Numbered from the stretch's first letter, positions 1-10,341 are shown. The stretch: 64,000 bases of DNA from Candidatus Latescibacterota bacterium (GCA_965215195.1 CBDCDC010000002.1:4160001-4224000); one strand, 5' to 3'. Program-made: numbers and translations. The notes: generated by a model not told the origin, from the sequence alone.

Positions 1-2
1 CC

Positions 3-374
3 GCAGGAGATAATTCCCGTTGGTGGGAACCGGATTCTTTTGATCAGTACTATTGGCCCGAAGGTGTGCCTAGAGAGTATACAGTGGAAGCCTACGTCGA
101 AGCCTTCCAAAAGCTCGGGTTTGAAGTGTGCCAAGATGCTACCTTTGAGGTAGGAGTGGAAAAAGTGGCCATTTTCGCTGGCTTAGATGGCAATCCCACA
201 CACGCTGCGCGGCAGCTTGCGGATGGAACATGGACGAGCAAACTCGGACAACTTGAAGACATTGAACACCGCGCTCTCGACCAAGTGGGTGAGGGAGACT
301 ATGGTAAGCCGGTTTTGTTCTTGAAGCGACCTAGGACTGAACCGAGTTCTTGGTCAAAAGAGGCGGACTTTTGA
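3..374 (+). CDS. DUF7689-like hypothetical protein, 5'-truncated by window edge
   Basis: Frame is open from position 3 (AGDNSRWWEPDSFDQYYWPEGVPRE...). Motifs PTHAARQL and WTSKLG..EDIEH recalled for this family. Confidence 0.6.
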   Translation, partial: AGDNSRWWEPDSFDQYYWPEGVPREYTVEAYVEAFQKLGFEVCQDATFEVGVEKVAIFAGLDGNPTHAARQLADGTWTSKLGQLEDIEHRALDQVGEGDYGKPVLFLKRPRTEPSSWSKEADF

Positions 375-577
375 ATTTCTAACCAAATACCGTCAAGTCT
401 CACCATGACATGAGGCTGACAATCAACCCGGCTTTCTCATCCGCGATTAACGCATTTATCCCCAAAAACAGTGAATAGCACCCATTTTTCTCAGTTCATT
501 CACGGATATTTGGCAATATAGAGTGAATGGATTAATCAGATTACCCAAAATCCCGTAACTCACAATCCAGACCTAAA

Positions 578-3055
578 ATGCTAGATACCGCTACCAAACG
601 CCGCATTGACACGGCCCGCGACATTCTCGTCGGCAAGGTGCCCGACCCGAAAAGCCAAGTGGAGCAGATTACGATCGCGCTCATCTACAAGTTTATGGAC
701 GACATCGACGCTGAGAGCGAGGAGTTGGGCGGGCAGCGCACGTTTTTTGCCGGCGACTTTGCCCGCTATGGTTGGCCCCAACTGGTGCGCACCGGCTTGG
801 GCGGCCACGAGACCTTGAACCTATACGCTGAAGCGATCACCCGGATGCCGGAAAATCCGGGCATTCCGCCGCTGTTCCGCGACATCTTCAACAACGCCTA
901 TTTGCCCTACCGCGACCCGGAGACTTTGCGTGCCTTTCTCAAGGTCATTGACGAGTTCGCCTACGATCACAGTGAGCGGCTGGGCGATGCTTTTGAATAT
1001 CTGCTCTCGGTCCTCGGCTCGCAGGGGGACGCCGGGCAGTTCCGCACGCCGCGCCATATCATTGACTTCATTGTCGCGGTCATTGACCCGAAGAAAGACG
1101 AGACCATCCTCGACCCGGCCTGTGGTACGGCCGGGTTTCTGATTTCGTCGTACAAGCACATTCTCAGGACTAATGCCGACGACGAGGGCAACAGTGCGCT
1201 CACGCCCGACGAAAAGGGGACCCTTGCGGCCAATTTCAAAGGCTATGACATCTCGCCCGATATGGTGCGGCTGTCGCTGGTGAATTTGTATCTGCACGGC
1301 TTTGTCGAGCCGCACATTGCCGAATACGATACCCTGACCAGCGAGGAACGCTGGAACGAGTATGCCGACGTGATTTTGGCCAATCCGCCGTTTATGTCGC
1401 CCAAGGGTGGCATCCGTCCGCATCGCCGTTTTTCGGTGCAATCCAAACGCAGTGAAGTGTTGTTTGTCGATTACATGGCCGAGCATCTGACGCCTACCGG
1501 GCGCGCCGGTATCATTGTGCCGGAGGGCATTATCTTTCAGAGCCAGAGTGCCCATAAGCAGTTGCGGAAGATGCTGGTGGAAAATTACCTGGTGGCCGTC
1601 ATCTCGCTGCCGGCGGGCGTGTTTCAGCCTTATTCAGGTGTTAAGACGTCCGTGCTGATACTGGACAAGTCGCTGGCGAAAAAGACGGATCGCATTGCCT
1701 TTTTTAAGGTGGAAAACGATGGGTTTGATTTGGGGGCGCAGCGGCGGGAGATTGCGGAGAATGACTTGCCGCAGGTGCAGGATGAAATTGCCGAATATCT
1801 GCGGCGGCGGGTGGGGGAAGCGGTGTCGAGCGAGCTTGGACTAGTTGTTGGGAAAGAGCGAATTGCTGAGGATGGTGACTACAACCTGAGTGGGGAGCGG
1901 TATCGGGAGAACGAGACAACCGAGACGAAACACGAATGGGTAGAGCTTGGCGGGATACTTTTGGGAAAGCCGCAATATGGTTCTGGAGCTCGTAAAATTT
2001 CTTACGATGGCGAAGTCCGATATGTACGAATCACCGATCTAACAGACTCCGGCGAACTCAAAACCGAAGATCCTGTTTCGCCCTCAAAAATAGAACCAAA
2101 GTACTTTCTCGAATCCGGAGATCTTCTCATTGCTCGCTCCGGCTCCGTGGGACGCACCTACATTCACAAAACGCTACCAGGCACCTATCAATATGCTGGA
2201 TATTTGATTCGTTTCCGTGTCAATCCTGCCAAAGCGATTCCTGAGTATATATATCACGTTACCAAATCGGATTCTTGGCGTGAATGGATACTCAACAACT
2301 CAAAGACTGGCACACTTACAAACATCAATGCCAAGCAATACTCATCATTCCAGTTTCCCCTCCCGCCCTTGGAAGTGCAGCGGGAAATCGTCGCGGAGAT
2401 TGAGGGGTATCAGAAGGTGGTAGACGGGGCGCGTGCCGTCATCGACAACTACCGGCCGCAGATTGTGGTTGATCCTGAGTGGCCGATGGTGGCGTTGGGG
2501 GAAGCCTGCGAGATCAATCCAGAGACAGTCTGTCCGGTTTCGGCCTATCCAAACAAAACGGTCTTTTACATCGATATATCGTCAGTAGAGAACGAAACAG
2601 GTCGTTTCTTGGGATACAGAGAAATCGCATCATCTCAAGCCCCAAGTCGCGCACGGCGCGGCATTTCAAGCGGCGATGTACTGCTTTCAACTGTGCGTCC
2701 AAATTTGAAAGCATTTACCCTTCTTGAAAATGTGTGTCCCCGTGCCATCGCTTCCACGGGCTTTGCCGTGCTTCGATCGCGCTGTAGCCTAGCAGATCCT
2801 GCTTTCCTTTTGGCGTCCGTATGCTCAGATCATGCTGTTGACCAAATGGTCAGTATGATGGGTAAAGGGGCATACCCAAGTATCAATCAGTCAGATGTTG
2901 CATCCATAAAGATCCCCCTGCCATCCCTCGAAACCCAGCAAGCCATCATCTCCGAAATCGAAGCCGAGCAGGCCCTCGTCGCCGCCAACCGGGAGTTAGT
3001 GGATCGGATGGAGGGAAAGATTCGGGCGGCGATTGGGCGGGTGTGGGACGACTGA
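578..3055 (+). CDS. hsdM: Type I R-M N6-adenine methyltransferase fused to specificity subunit (HsdM-HsdS fusion, two TRDs)
   Basis: GQFRTPRHII, DPACGTAGFL (SAM binding) and NPPF (catalytic). C-terminal half has two TRD + conserved-helix units (PLPPLEVQREIV; IPLPSLETQQAII). Confidence 0.92.
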   Translation: MLDTATKRRIDTARDILVGKVPDPKSQVEQITIALIYKFMDDIDAESEELGGQRTFFAGDFARYGWPQLVRTGLGGHETLNLYAEAITRMPENPGIPPLFRDIFNNAYLPYRDPETLRAFLKVIDEFAYDHSERLGDAFEYLLSVLGSQGDAGQFRTPRHIIDFIVAVIDPKKDETILDPACGTAGFLISSYKHILRTNADDEGNSALTPDEKGTLAANFKGYDISPDMVRLSLVNLYLHGFVEPHIAEYDTLTSEERWNEYADVILANPPFMSPKGGIRPHRRFSVQSKRSEVLFVDYMAEHLTPTGRAGIIVPEGIIFQSQSAHKQLRKMLVENYLVAVISLPAGVFQPYSGVKTSVLILDKSLAKKTDRIAFFKVENDGFDLGAQRREIAENDLPQVQDEIAEYLRRRVGEAVSSELGLVVGKERIAEDGDYNLSGERYRENETTETKHEWVELGGILLGKPQYGSGARKISYDGEVRYVRITDLTDSGELKTEDPVSPSKIEPKYFLESGDLLIARSGSVGRTYIHKTLPGTYQYAGYLIRFRVNPAKAIPEYIYHVTKSDSWREWILNNSKTGTLTNINAKQYSSFQFPLPPLEVQREIVAEIEGYQKVVDGARAVIDNYRPQIVVDPEWPMVALGEACEINPETVCPVSAYPNKTVFYIDISSVENETGRFLGYREIASSQAPSRARRGISSGDVLLSTVRPNLKAFTLLENVCPRAIASTGFAVLRSRCSLADPAFLLASVCSDHAVDQMVSMMGKGAYPSINQSDVASIKIPLPSLETQQAIISEIEAEQALVAANRELVDRMEGKIRAAIGRVWDD

Positions 3056-3074
3056 TTGACTAGGATAAAATCAG

Positions 3075-4718
3075 ATGAATTGGAATATCTCTCGAATTTC
3101 AGACCAGCCGCTACAGATCACCCTCGAAGCCGGTGATCGACTCTTCATCGTTGGTGCCAACGGCTCAGGAAAATCAGCATTGATTCAACACTTTGTTTCG
3201 TCGAATCCGGGTAATCAAATCAGGCGCATTTCAGCGCATCGACAGACATGGTTCGAGTCTGGGAGCATTAACCTTACCCCCCAGAGTCGCAAACGGTTTG
3301 ATCAGAATAGCACAGAGCAAGAAGTGCAAGACAAATCTCGTTGGCGAGACGACTACGCAAAACAAAGGCAATCGGCCGTTCTTTTTGATTTAGTTGCCAA
3401 GGCAAATGCTCGTGCTCGTCTCATCACTCACCATGTTGATACTGGAAACACGGAGGAAGCAGAAAAAACTTCTGCCGAATCGCCATCTCCATTTGATCAA
3501 CTCAACGAACTACTCCGAATCGGGACACTGGTAGTTACGCTAGAAAACTCCAACGACGAAGAGATACTAGCGCAACATCGAGACGGCAGTGCGCCGTTCA
3601 GTATCGCTCAGATGTCAGATGGGGAGCGAAACGCCGCAATCATCGCAGCCACCGTGCTAACCGTCGAACCGGGAACCGTGTTGCTGATTGACGAGCCGGA
3701 ACGGCATCTTCATCGATCCATCATCGATCCATTTCTGTCGGCGCTGTTCGGGCGTCGCACGGATTGTACGTTTATCGTTTCAACGCATGAGACCGCCCTG
3801 CCGGTCACCAACTCGAGAGTGTGCGTCCTAATGGTTCGATCATGCAAATGGAATGGCGACAAAGCTACAGCTTGGGATATCGAACTCCTTGAACCGAACG
3901 TAGGCCTCCCAGAGGATCTTAAACGGGCGATCTTGGGTTCCCGGAAAAGAATCCTCTTTGTTGAAGGCGGCTCCAACAGTTTGGACTTACCGTTTTACAA
4001 CTCGCTATTTCCGGATATATCGGTGATACCAAAGGGAAGTTGCAGGGATGTCCAGAGAGCGGTGAGGGGCTTGCGAGAATCTCAAGAGTGTCATCACGTT
4101 GAGGCGTTTGGGCTGATTGACCGGGACGACCGAGACGAAGATGCAGTCAAACAGCTTGCCGAAGGTGGAGTGTTTGCCTTGGACATGTACTCGGTCGAAT
4201 CGCTTTACTATTGCTCAGACGCCATTGCCGCTGTTGCCCATCGGCAAGCTGAGTCCTTGGGGCGCAATGCAGACGAGATGATCGAATCGGCGAAACAGAA
4301 AGCACTTGACACTCTCCATCAGAACGGTCTTGCCGAAAGGATGGCGGCGCGACGGTGCGTACGTCGAGTACGTGATGCGATATTACAACAAACCCCGGAC
4401 TGGGAACGTATTAAAGCCGAACCAAAATTCGATATATCTGTTAATTCTCCCTATCAAGATGAGTTGGGTCGCTTCAATGAACTCGTAAATGAAAAAAGAC
4501 TGGACGATCTTGTTGCTCGTTATCCACTCCGCGAGAGCCATGCTTTTGACGCTATTGCTGAAGCACTCGAACTCAAAAATAGAAAGACGTACGAGCAAAC
4601 GTTGGTCCCCCGAATTTGGGATGACGAGGATTTGGCCCAGAGTCTCAAACAACGAATCGGATCAATCGCTGAAATGCTCATCGCTGAATTTACGGAGCTG
4701 GTGGATGCAAGGTCATAA
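3075..4718 (+). CDS. ABC-type ATPase fused to TOPRIM/DUF4435-like domain (fused PARIS-like/OLD-like defence protein)
   Basis: Walker A GANGSGKS, signature MSDGE, Walker B LLIDEPERHLH, H-loop STH. C-terminal LFVEG...LD and GLIDRD TOPRIM motifs. Confidence 0.8.
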   Translation: MNWNISRISDQPLQITLEAGDRLFIVGANGSGKSALIQHFVSSNPGNQIRRISAHRQTWFESGSINLTPQSRKRFDQNSTEQEVQDKSRWRDDYAKQRQSAVLFDLVAKANARARLITHHVDTGNTEEAEKTSAESPSPFDQLNELLRIGTLVVTLENSNDEEILAQHRDGSAPFSIAQMSDGERNAAIIAATVLTVEPGTVLLIDEPERHLHRSIIDPFLSALFGRRTDCTFIVSTHETALPVTNSRVCVLMVRSCKWNGDKATAWDIELLEPNVGLPEDLKRAILGSRKRILFVEGGSNSLDLPFYNSLFPDISVIPKGSCRDVQRAVRGLRESQECHHVEAFGLIDRDDRDEDAVKQLAEGGVFALDMYSVESLYYCSDAIAAVAHRQAESLGRNADEMIESAKQKALDTLHQNGLAERMAARRCVRRVRDAILQQTPDWERIKAEPKFDISVNSPYQDELGRFNELVNEKRLDDLVARYPLRESHAFDAIAEALELKNRKTYEQTLVPRIWDDEDLAQSLKQRIGSIAEMLIAEFTELVDARS

Positions 4719-4771
4719 ATACAGAGAGCGAAGGCGAGCAGATCTTTCTCGCTGCCAGCCGGGAGTTGGTG

Positions 4772-4925
4772 ATGACCAGACAGTGGACAGCAATTATTGA
4801 ACGCGAAGGCGATGGTTACGTCGCCCTCTGCTCTGAATTTGAAGGAGACATTGGAGTTGTTTTTCGAGACGGCTTCAGCCACCGAAATTCAGTATCGGCT
4901 GCACGAGGAAGTGAACCGTGAGTGA
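4772..4925 (+). pseudogene. HicB-family antitoxin remnant, internally deleted and frameshifted
   Basis: MTRQWTAIIEREGDGYVALCSE is followed in another frame by NLKETLELFFETASATEIQYRLHEEV. The usual ..SQG.T.EEA segment is missing. Confidence 0.7.
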
Positions 4926-4993
4926 AGGTTGGGTGCTCAATGCCTCGCCGCTTGTTGCCCTAGCCAAAATCAGACGTAAAAGGAGCCAAAGCC

Positions 4994-6046
4994 ATGTTAA
5001 AACGCTTGCAGATACGAAACTTCCGCGGCTTCAATGCGCTCAAAATCGACCAATTGAGCAGTATTAACCTCATCGCCGGAAAGAATAATTCCGGCAAGAC
5101 CAGTTTACTTGAGGCAGTTTTTCTGCTGTCTGGAGGCGGGGACGCAAGTCTAGCAAAAAATGTCAACATTATTCGCGGCTTGGAACTGGATAGTAGAGTA
5201 TCGCCAGTTATGATTGGGCCCTTGTGGAAACAGCTCTTCTCTGATCTGGATATGGAACGGGCCATTGAGATTGAGGGCGAGCATACGACGCATGGTCAAT
5301 TTACTTTGAAAATTACATCCGGGCGACAAGCCACTCCTGAGACTGCTCTTGATCTTATAGAAGAAACTTCGGTGCCAGACCATTTCAGCGAGCGTCCACT
5401 CACATTTCAGTATATCGATCCTTCAGGGAAACGTGTGGAAAGTCAGATACGTGTGAAGGGACAGGAATTTGAAATCAACCAGCCTACTACAAATGCCCCT
5501 TTTATTGCGGCAATTCTCTTGTCTCGAGGTAGAAATATCTATGAAGATGCTACGAGGCTGGGACAATTGAGAAGGAAGAAACAGGGATCTCTACTATTAG
5601 AAGCACTACAAGTTATCGACCCAAAACTGCAAAGCATTGAGGAAAATTCCTCCAGCGGCACCTCCATGATCTGGGGGGATATTGGGTTGTCCGAACTAGT
5701 GCCGCTGCCAGCAATGGGCGAAGGCATGACCCAACTCGCCCGGATCGTTTTGGCCATAGCTTTCATACCGGATGGCGTCGTTCTGGTGGATGAGGTTGAA
5801 AACGGCATTCACCACTCCGTACTGCCCGATGTCTGGCGGGCCATTGACGAAGCGGCCAAGCAGTTCCGTACGCAGGTTTTTGCGACCACGCATAGTCTTG
5901 AATGCGTGATGGCAGCGCATGAATCCCTGAGTGCCGACAGGTTTCGCCTGCATAGGCTTGAAATCGCCGACAGAAAGAGTCGCTGTGTCACCTACGAACC
6001 TGATGCAATCGCTGCCGCAATCCGACACAACCTTGAGGTTCGATAG
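4994..6046 (+). CDS. AAA_15/AAA_21 ABC-type ATPase
   Basis: LQIRNFRGF, GKNNSGKTSLLE, MGEG, LVDEVENGIH, TTHS. Confidence 0.85.
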   Translation: MLKRLQIRNFRGFNALKIDQLSSINLIAGKNNSGKTSLLEAVFLLSGGGDASLAKNVNIIRGLELDSRVSPVMIGPLWKQLFSDLDMERAIEIEGEHTTHGQFTLKITSGRQATPETALDLIEETSVPDHFSERPLTFQYIDPSGKRVESQIRVKGQEFEINQPTTNAPFIAAILLSRGRNIYEDATRLGQLRRKKQGSLLLEALQVIDPKLQSIEENSSSGTSMIWGDIGLSELVPLPAMGEGMTQLARIVLAIAFIPDGVVLVDEVENGIHHSVLPDVWRAIDEAAKQFRTQVFATTHSLECVMAAHESLSADRFRLHRLEIADRKSRCVTYEPDAIAAAIRHNLEVR

Positions 6047-6048
6047 GT

Positions 6049-6675
6049 ATGCCAAGAGCAAAAGAAATCAAATCGGCAATCCAGCTTCTCGTTGAAGGCA
6101 ATGACCAGCGCAATTTCTTTGAAGCGTTTATCAAACATCTATCGCTTGCAAATGTCCAGATTCAGAATTTCGGGGGTGTGAGTGAGTTGGGTGGTTTTCT
6201 ACAGGCGTTTGTGAAGGCACCGGGCTTCCAGACGACCGTCCAGAGTCTCGGCATCGTGCGGGATGCGGAAACGTCTGCCGGAGGAGCGTTCCAAAGCGTT
6301 CAGTCGGCACTGCGGAATGCCAAACTATCTGTGCCGGACAATTCCAAAGAACGCACGGACACTAGTCCAGCAGTAACGGTACTGATACTGCCCGGCGACA
6401 ATCGCCAAGGGATGCTTGAGACGTTACTTTGCGAGAGCTTTGCGGCTACGCCGGTGGAGGACTGCATCAATGACTTTTTCAAGTGTGTCGAATCGTTGCC
6501 GGATATGTCCATGAAGAACCCAGACAAGGCCCGTGCCCATGTCTATCTGACCACAAAGCCCAACCCTCATTTTTCCGTAGGCGTGGCCGCAAAGAATGAC
6601 TACTGGGATTTGAATCACAGCGTCTTCAGCCCGGTCCGCGATTTTCTACAAAGGATAGCTGCCAGTGCTGTGTGA
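6049..6675 (+). CDS. DUF3226-like TOPRIM-fold protein, partner of upstream ATPase
   Basis: LLVEGND, NFGG, IVRDAE and GMLE motifs. Starts 2 bp after the ATPase stop. Confidence 0.75.
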   Translation: MPRAKEIKSAIQLLVEGNDQRNFFEAFIKHLSLANVQIQNFGGVSELGGFLQAFVKAPGFQTTVQSLGIVRDAETSAGGAFQSVQSALRNAKLSVPDNSKERTDTSPAVTVLILPGDNRQGMLETLLCESFAATPVEDCINDFFKCVESLPDMSMKNPDKARAHVYLTTKPNPHFSVGVAAKNDYWDLNHSVFSPVRDFLQRIAASAV

Positions 6676-6718
6676 GCGACCACAGGAAAGATGGAATCAG
6701 CCGGAAGCTCCGTTGAGG

Positions 6719-7341
6719 GATCAAGGGACTAAAGGCTGAAAATCCGCGCTACTCATTGGTTCGTGCTTATCCCAGCAGCCGTACATCTCAATCAATACGC
6801 GCTGCTTCAACAGGAAAGGTTGATGGTTAATCCGCACCACTTTCGCCCCGAATTTACCAAGCCCTTCGGCGCTCGCCGCAACCAAATCTTCCACCAAGTA
6901 ACGCGGTGCCCATCCGATCATACAGTAATCCGTCGTCTGAATTTGCACGGCCAACCCGGTCGCCGGATTGGTCAATTCCAGTGTGACGTACAGCTCTTCT
7001 CCGTGCTCGAGGCGGCCAATTCGATCGTTAGCCGCGTCATTGATATGTCGCCAGCCATGCAGGAAGAACCGGCAAGAGAAGCCCCCGGTGTCGTCCTTCT
7101 CGATCTTTGGAAAAACCTCGTAAGCGTCCGTTACGCGGTGGCCTCCGTTGGTGGACAAAATCTCAACGGGGTCCGCTTCCTCGGTTAGATCAAGGCGGTC
7201 AAGGTAGTCGGTAAAGTCCGGCCTTGTCCGATTCATAACCCGGTTTTGGAATAGCGGAAACAGCTCCGCGGACTGATAATCTTCGTTCAAGTCGGGAAAA
7301 TCGATCAACAGAGGAAACCCCACTTCTTCTTGTGCTCGCTT
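6719..7341. repeat. 623-bp direct repeat, copy A (pairs with 10485-11107)
   Basis: Ungapped alignment at offset 3766, about 9 substitutions counted by eye. Confidence 0.95.
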
Positions 7342-7467
7342 GCGGAAGCGATAGAGCGAACCTTCGACATCAGCATCCAGCCGACCTACCGGGAACCATG
7401 CTTGGCTCGGCTTAATAGAAAAAACCATGAAACTTCTCAAGTCATTTAGGACTGCTATATCGCTCAA
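6721..7467 (-). CDS. HipS-like/HIRAN domain protein, copy 1 (N-terminus appears damaged)
   Basis: WFPVGRL, LFPLFQNRVM..RPDF, GG.R.TD, then HIRAN motifs FFLHGWRH, E.TNP, IGWAPRYL. Reads YRFR-KRAQ where copy 2 has GGA before KRAQ. Confidence 0.7.
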   Translation of the reverse strand: MSDIAVLNDLRSFMVFSIKPSQAWFPVGRLDADVEGSLYRFRKRAQEEVGFPLLIDFPDLNEDYQSAELFPLFQNRVMNRTRPDFTDYLDRLDLTEEADPVEILSTNGGHRVTDAYEVFPKIEKDDTGGFSCRFFLHGWRHINDAANDRIGRLEHGEELYVTLELTNPATGLAVQIQTTDYCMIGWAPRYLVEDLVAASAEGLGKFGAKVVRINHQPFLLKQRVLIEMYGCWDKHEPMSSADFQPLVP

Positions 7468-7521
7468 GCTCTCCGGTTTTAATGATGTGGGTATGATCCA
7501 TATTATACAGAATCCTATTCT

Positions 7522-9090
7522 TTAGAGTTTTCCCGATGGTCGGAAAGTCACGGGAGTACCGTTCGCCGCTCTTGCCTCGATACGCTCGCTAATATCCGCC
7601 GCGACCTCAAGGACTTCCGCAGGTGCGCGAATCTCCTCGCCGGTGCGCTGTCGCAGGGCAACGACGAGGGGTGCCAATGCGTCGGATTTCGACTTGTTGC
7701 TCGACAGGGTTTCGATAAATTCGTGCGTTGAGGCACCGGTTGCGATCAAGTTAGGCACAAGCCATAGTATCTCATGCATCGCAATTTCTTTGTTCGGTAG
7801 GAACGCGGCATACGCGGAGCGGAACGTCTCCATGGTAGCCGGATATTCTATTCCTTCTCGAATGACCTGCGCTTCCGCCGCCTCCGAAGTCAGCCACCCA
7901 GACATCTGGTACAATTCGCCCATCCCGTAAAATGCTACCATGAAGCGGATCAGGTTTTCTACAACAGCCGCCTCGTCGCGCTCGCGTCGCAGCTTGTAGT
8001 AGATGCTGTAGAGACGTTCCGCAGCGGCGTAAAGCCGCTTCTTGCCGCTTCCCTCCACGATGACCATACCCCGGATGGCAAGCCGGCCGAGTAGAGTCGA
8101 TACGGTTCGGACATCCATGCGCGCCCGCGCCGCGATCTCGCCCGTGCTTGACGGTTGCCAAAGGTCAATCACCGCGATATACACGCGGCGTTCGCCCTTA
8201 GCCAATACCTCTAGGTGGCCACGGAAGTACTCGGTGTGCTCGTCAATCAACTCCACCAGTTCTTCCATCAACTGGCGCAAGGAGCGGTGCCGCTTGAAAC
8301 TGGCGGCAATGACCAAGAGGCGAGGACTGCCGCCGGTTAGGATTTCGAGTGGCCTGATCTCACGTTCGCGTACCGCGTCACCGCTGACGACCTGCCACAG
8401 ACGGCGGCATTCTTCGGTGACGAGCGGTTCTAAAGCGACGATTCGGAATAGCTCGAAGAATGGCTGCTCCGCGTCGTCCAGCCCCTCGAAGCGACTCGTG
8501 GCAGTGGCAAGCAGCATGATCTGGGGTTCCGATTGCAGTGCGCCGCGCAGTCCCCAGCCGAAATCTTTGTCCACGCTTCCGCAGAGCGCTTGTAGGTTTT
8601 CGACCATGAGGACAAGTTTTTTGTTCAGCCGGTCCGCCGCTTCCAAGACAGCAGCACGGACGCGGTCTGCGAGTGCCTCCTCGTGCCAGCGATTGGTCAG
8701 GTCGGCGTGCGTTTCTTGCAACTCCGCAGCGAGTACGGGATCGTGCTTGGTGCTCTCCCGCGAAAGGTGGAACAAGGTGTCGAGCCAGAAATCGGCGAAA
8801 TTGAATATTTCGTGACTTTCTTCCATGAAGCGAACTGGCAAAAGACTCTCGGAGAGCTCATGGTCAGTGCGCAACTCCGCAGCAACCCGAGCTAGCAGCA
8901 TGGTCTTTCCTCGCCCGCGAGGCGCGACGACCACAACGTGCTGGCACGATGGTGAATCAATGTTCCCACGGAGGATCTCAAGCGCGATGTCGAGTTCGCG
9001 TTTTCTGACCACGAACTGCTCTATCACTTCCTCGTCGGATTGGAACGTCCCCGGATTGAACTTGCGGATTGGTCGATCGGATTTGTTCAT
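7522..9090 (-). CDS. P-loop (STAND-like/AAA) ATPase with winged-helix domain and short helical C-terminus
   Basis: Walker A APRGRGKT, Walker B LMVENL, TGGSPRLL, wHTH STGEIAARARMDVRTVSTLLGRL. Start overlaps the upstream ATPase stop (ATGA). Confidence 0.75.
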   Translation of the reverse strand: MNKSDRPIRKFNPGTFQSDEEVIEQFVVRKRELDIALEILRGNIDSPSCQHVVVVAPRGRGKTMLLARVAAELRTDHELSESLLPVRFMEESHEIFNFADFWLDTLFHLSRESTKHDPVLAAELQETHADLTNRWHEEALADRVRAAVLEAADRLNKKLVLMVENLQALCGSVDKDFGWGLRGALQSEPQIMLLATATSRFEGLDDAEQPFFELFRIVALEPLVTEECRRLWQVVSGDAVREREIRPLEILTGGSPRLLVIAASFKRHRSLRQLMEELVELIDEHTEYFRGHLEVLAKGERRVYIAVIDLWQPSSTGEIAARARMDVRTVSTLLGRLAIRGMVIVEGSGKKRLYAAAERLYSIYYKLRRERDEAAVVENLIRFMVAFYGMGELYQMSGWLTSEAAEAQVIREGIEYPATMETFRSAYAAFLPNKEIAMHEILWLVPNLIATGASTHEFIETLSSNKSKSDALAPLVVALRQRTGEEIRAPAEVLEVAADISERIEARAANGTPVTFRPSGKL

Positions 9091-10331
9091 GGCGCGTCTC
9101 CCGGTGATCCGTTTTCAGACCGGCGGCTTTCGAGGGGTCTATGGTGATCGCGGAAACGCGCCGACCACCAGTCTTGCAGCAAGCGCGATGGGAAGCGATG
9201 GCCAGCGTCGCCGGCTTTAAGATAGCCGTCGTGCATCAGGATTTCGAGTGTATCCGCAATACGGCCCGGTGCATCGTCAACCACCTTGGAGTACAGCCGT
9301 TCGAGGCAACGCCGTGCGCTTGGCGTGAATACCTCTTGGGTAGCGGCCTCGGCGAGGATCACCATGGCGATGGTGTGGCTCTCATCTTCCAACGCCTCCT
9401 TGAGGCGCGTCTCGTAGTGTACGAGATCATTTTGTCCCGAAGGCCCGAGGAGTTCCGTGCGATAGACCTCCCCGACGCCCTCTACTGTCACTTGGTCGCG
9501 GCCCTGCATAGTGGCGTGGTCCCGCAGCCGTGCAAAGAAGGACTGCACATGGTGGGGAATACCGACGCCGAGCGCATCGTACACCGCGTTTGCCACGCCG
9601 TCCTCGACCCGTAATCCGCAACTCTTTGCGAGACGTTGGAAGCATTCAGTGCTAGTGTCTCGGTCCCACGGCCCCAAGCGAAAAGGATCTAGATGGTTTA
9701 TACGGTCGGGTATGCCGAGCCGCTTTACGAGAGGAGCAAGCCCGATGCTGCCGGATATGATGAGGACCGGGGAGCCGTCTCCGATGCTTTGAAGAACTCC
9801 TCGCAACCAACTCAGGAACTCGTCGACCCGTTGGACGCCATTTTCCCCGCGAAGCACACGCTTGAGGAATATCGGCAACTCGTCGATGACGAGGAGCACC
9901 GGCTTGTCCTGCTCGGCGCATGCACGGAGCAATTGCTCCCCTTGGTGTCGCCAGCTTCCGGCATTTAGGCCGGCGCGGAACTTAGTGCGAAATTCGTATG
10001 CGCTGATTTCCTCAATGCTGTCGCTCAACCAGCGCTTCAGCCCGGTGGCAAAGCGCGACGAGATTGAGCGGACGGGATGCACGGCCTGTGCTATATCCGC
10101 GATCGCGTCCTCCGCGCAGGTCGCTCCCTCGACATCGGCGAAGAGGAAGACCCAACCCTCAGTCTCAAGCCGTCGCCCGAGTTCTCGGGCAACACTGGTC
10201 TTGCCCATGCGCCGCTGTCCGGTCAACAATACGTGATTACGGTCGCGGACCCGCGTCCCCAGTATCCGCAACTCGCGCTCGCGATTGAAAAAGTCGCCGC
10301 CGCTTACCCAGCGGCCGGTCGATGATCTCAT
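9087..10331 (-). CDS. P-loop ATPase (ATPase_2/AAA_16-like)
   Basis: FFNRERE, Walker A GQRRMGKTS, Walker B LVIDELP, SGSIGL, GIPHHVQ. ATG at 10331 with GGAGG RBS. Confidence 0.8.
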   Translation of the reverse strand: MRSSTGRWVSGGDFFNRERELRILGTRVRDRNHVLLTGQRRMGKTSVARELGRRLETEGWVFLFADVEGATCAEDAIADIAQAVHPVRSISSRFATGLKRWLSDSIEEISAYEFRTKFRAGLNAGSWRHQGEQLLRACAEQDKPVLLVIDELPIFLKRVLRGENGVQRVDEFLSWLRGVLQSIGDGSPVLIISGSIGLAPLVKRLGIPDRINHLDPFRLGPWDRDTSTECFQRLAKSCGLRVEDGVANAVYDALGVGIPHHVQSFFARLRDHATMQGRDQVTVEGVGEVYRTELLGPSGQNDLVHYETRLKEALEDESHTIAMVILAEAATQEVFTPSARRCLERLYSKVVDDAPGRIADTLEILMHDGYLKAGDAGHRFPSRLLQDWWSARFRDHHRPLESRRSENGSPGDAP

Positions 10332-10341
10332 GGTGCCTCCC

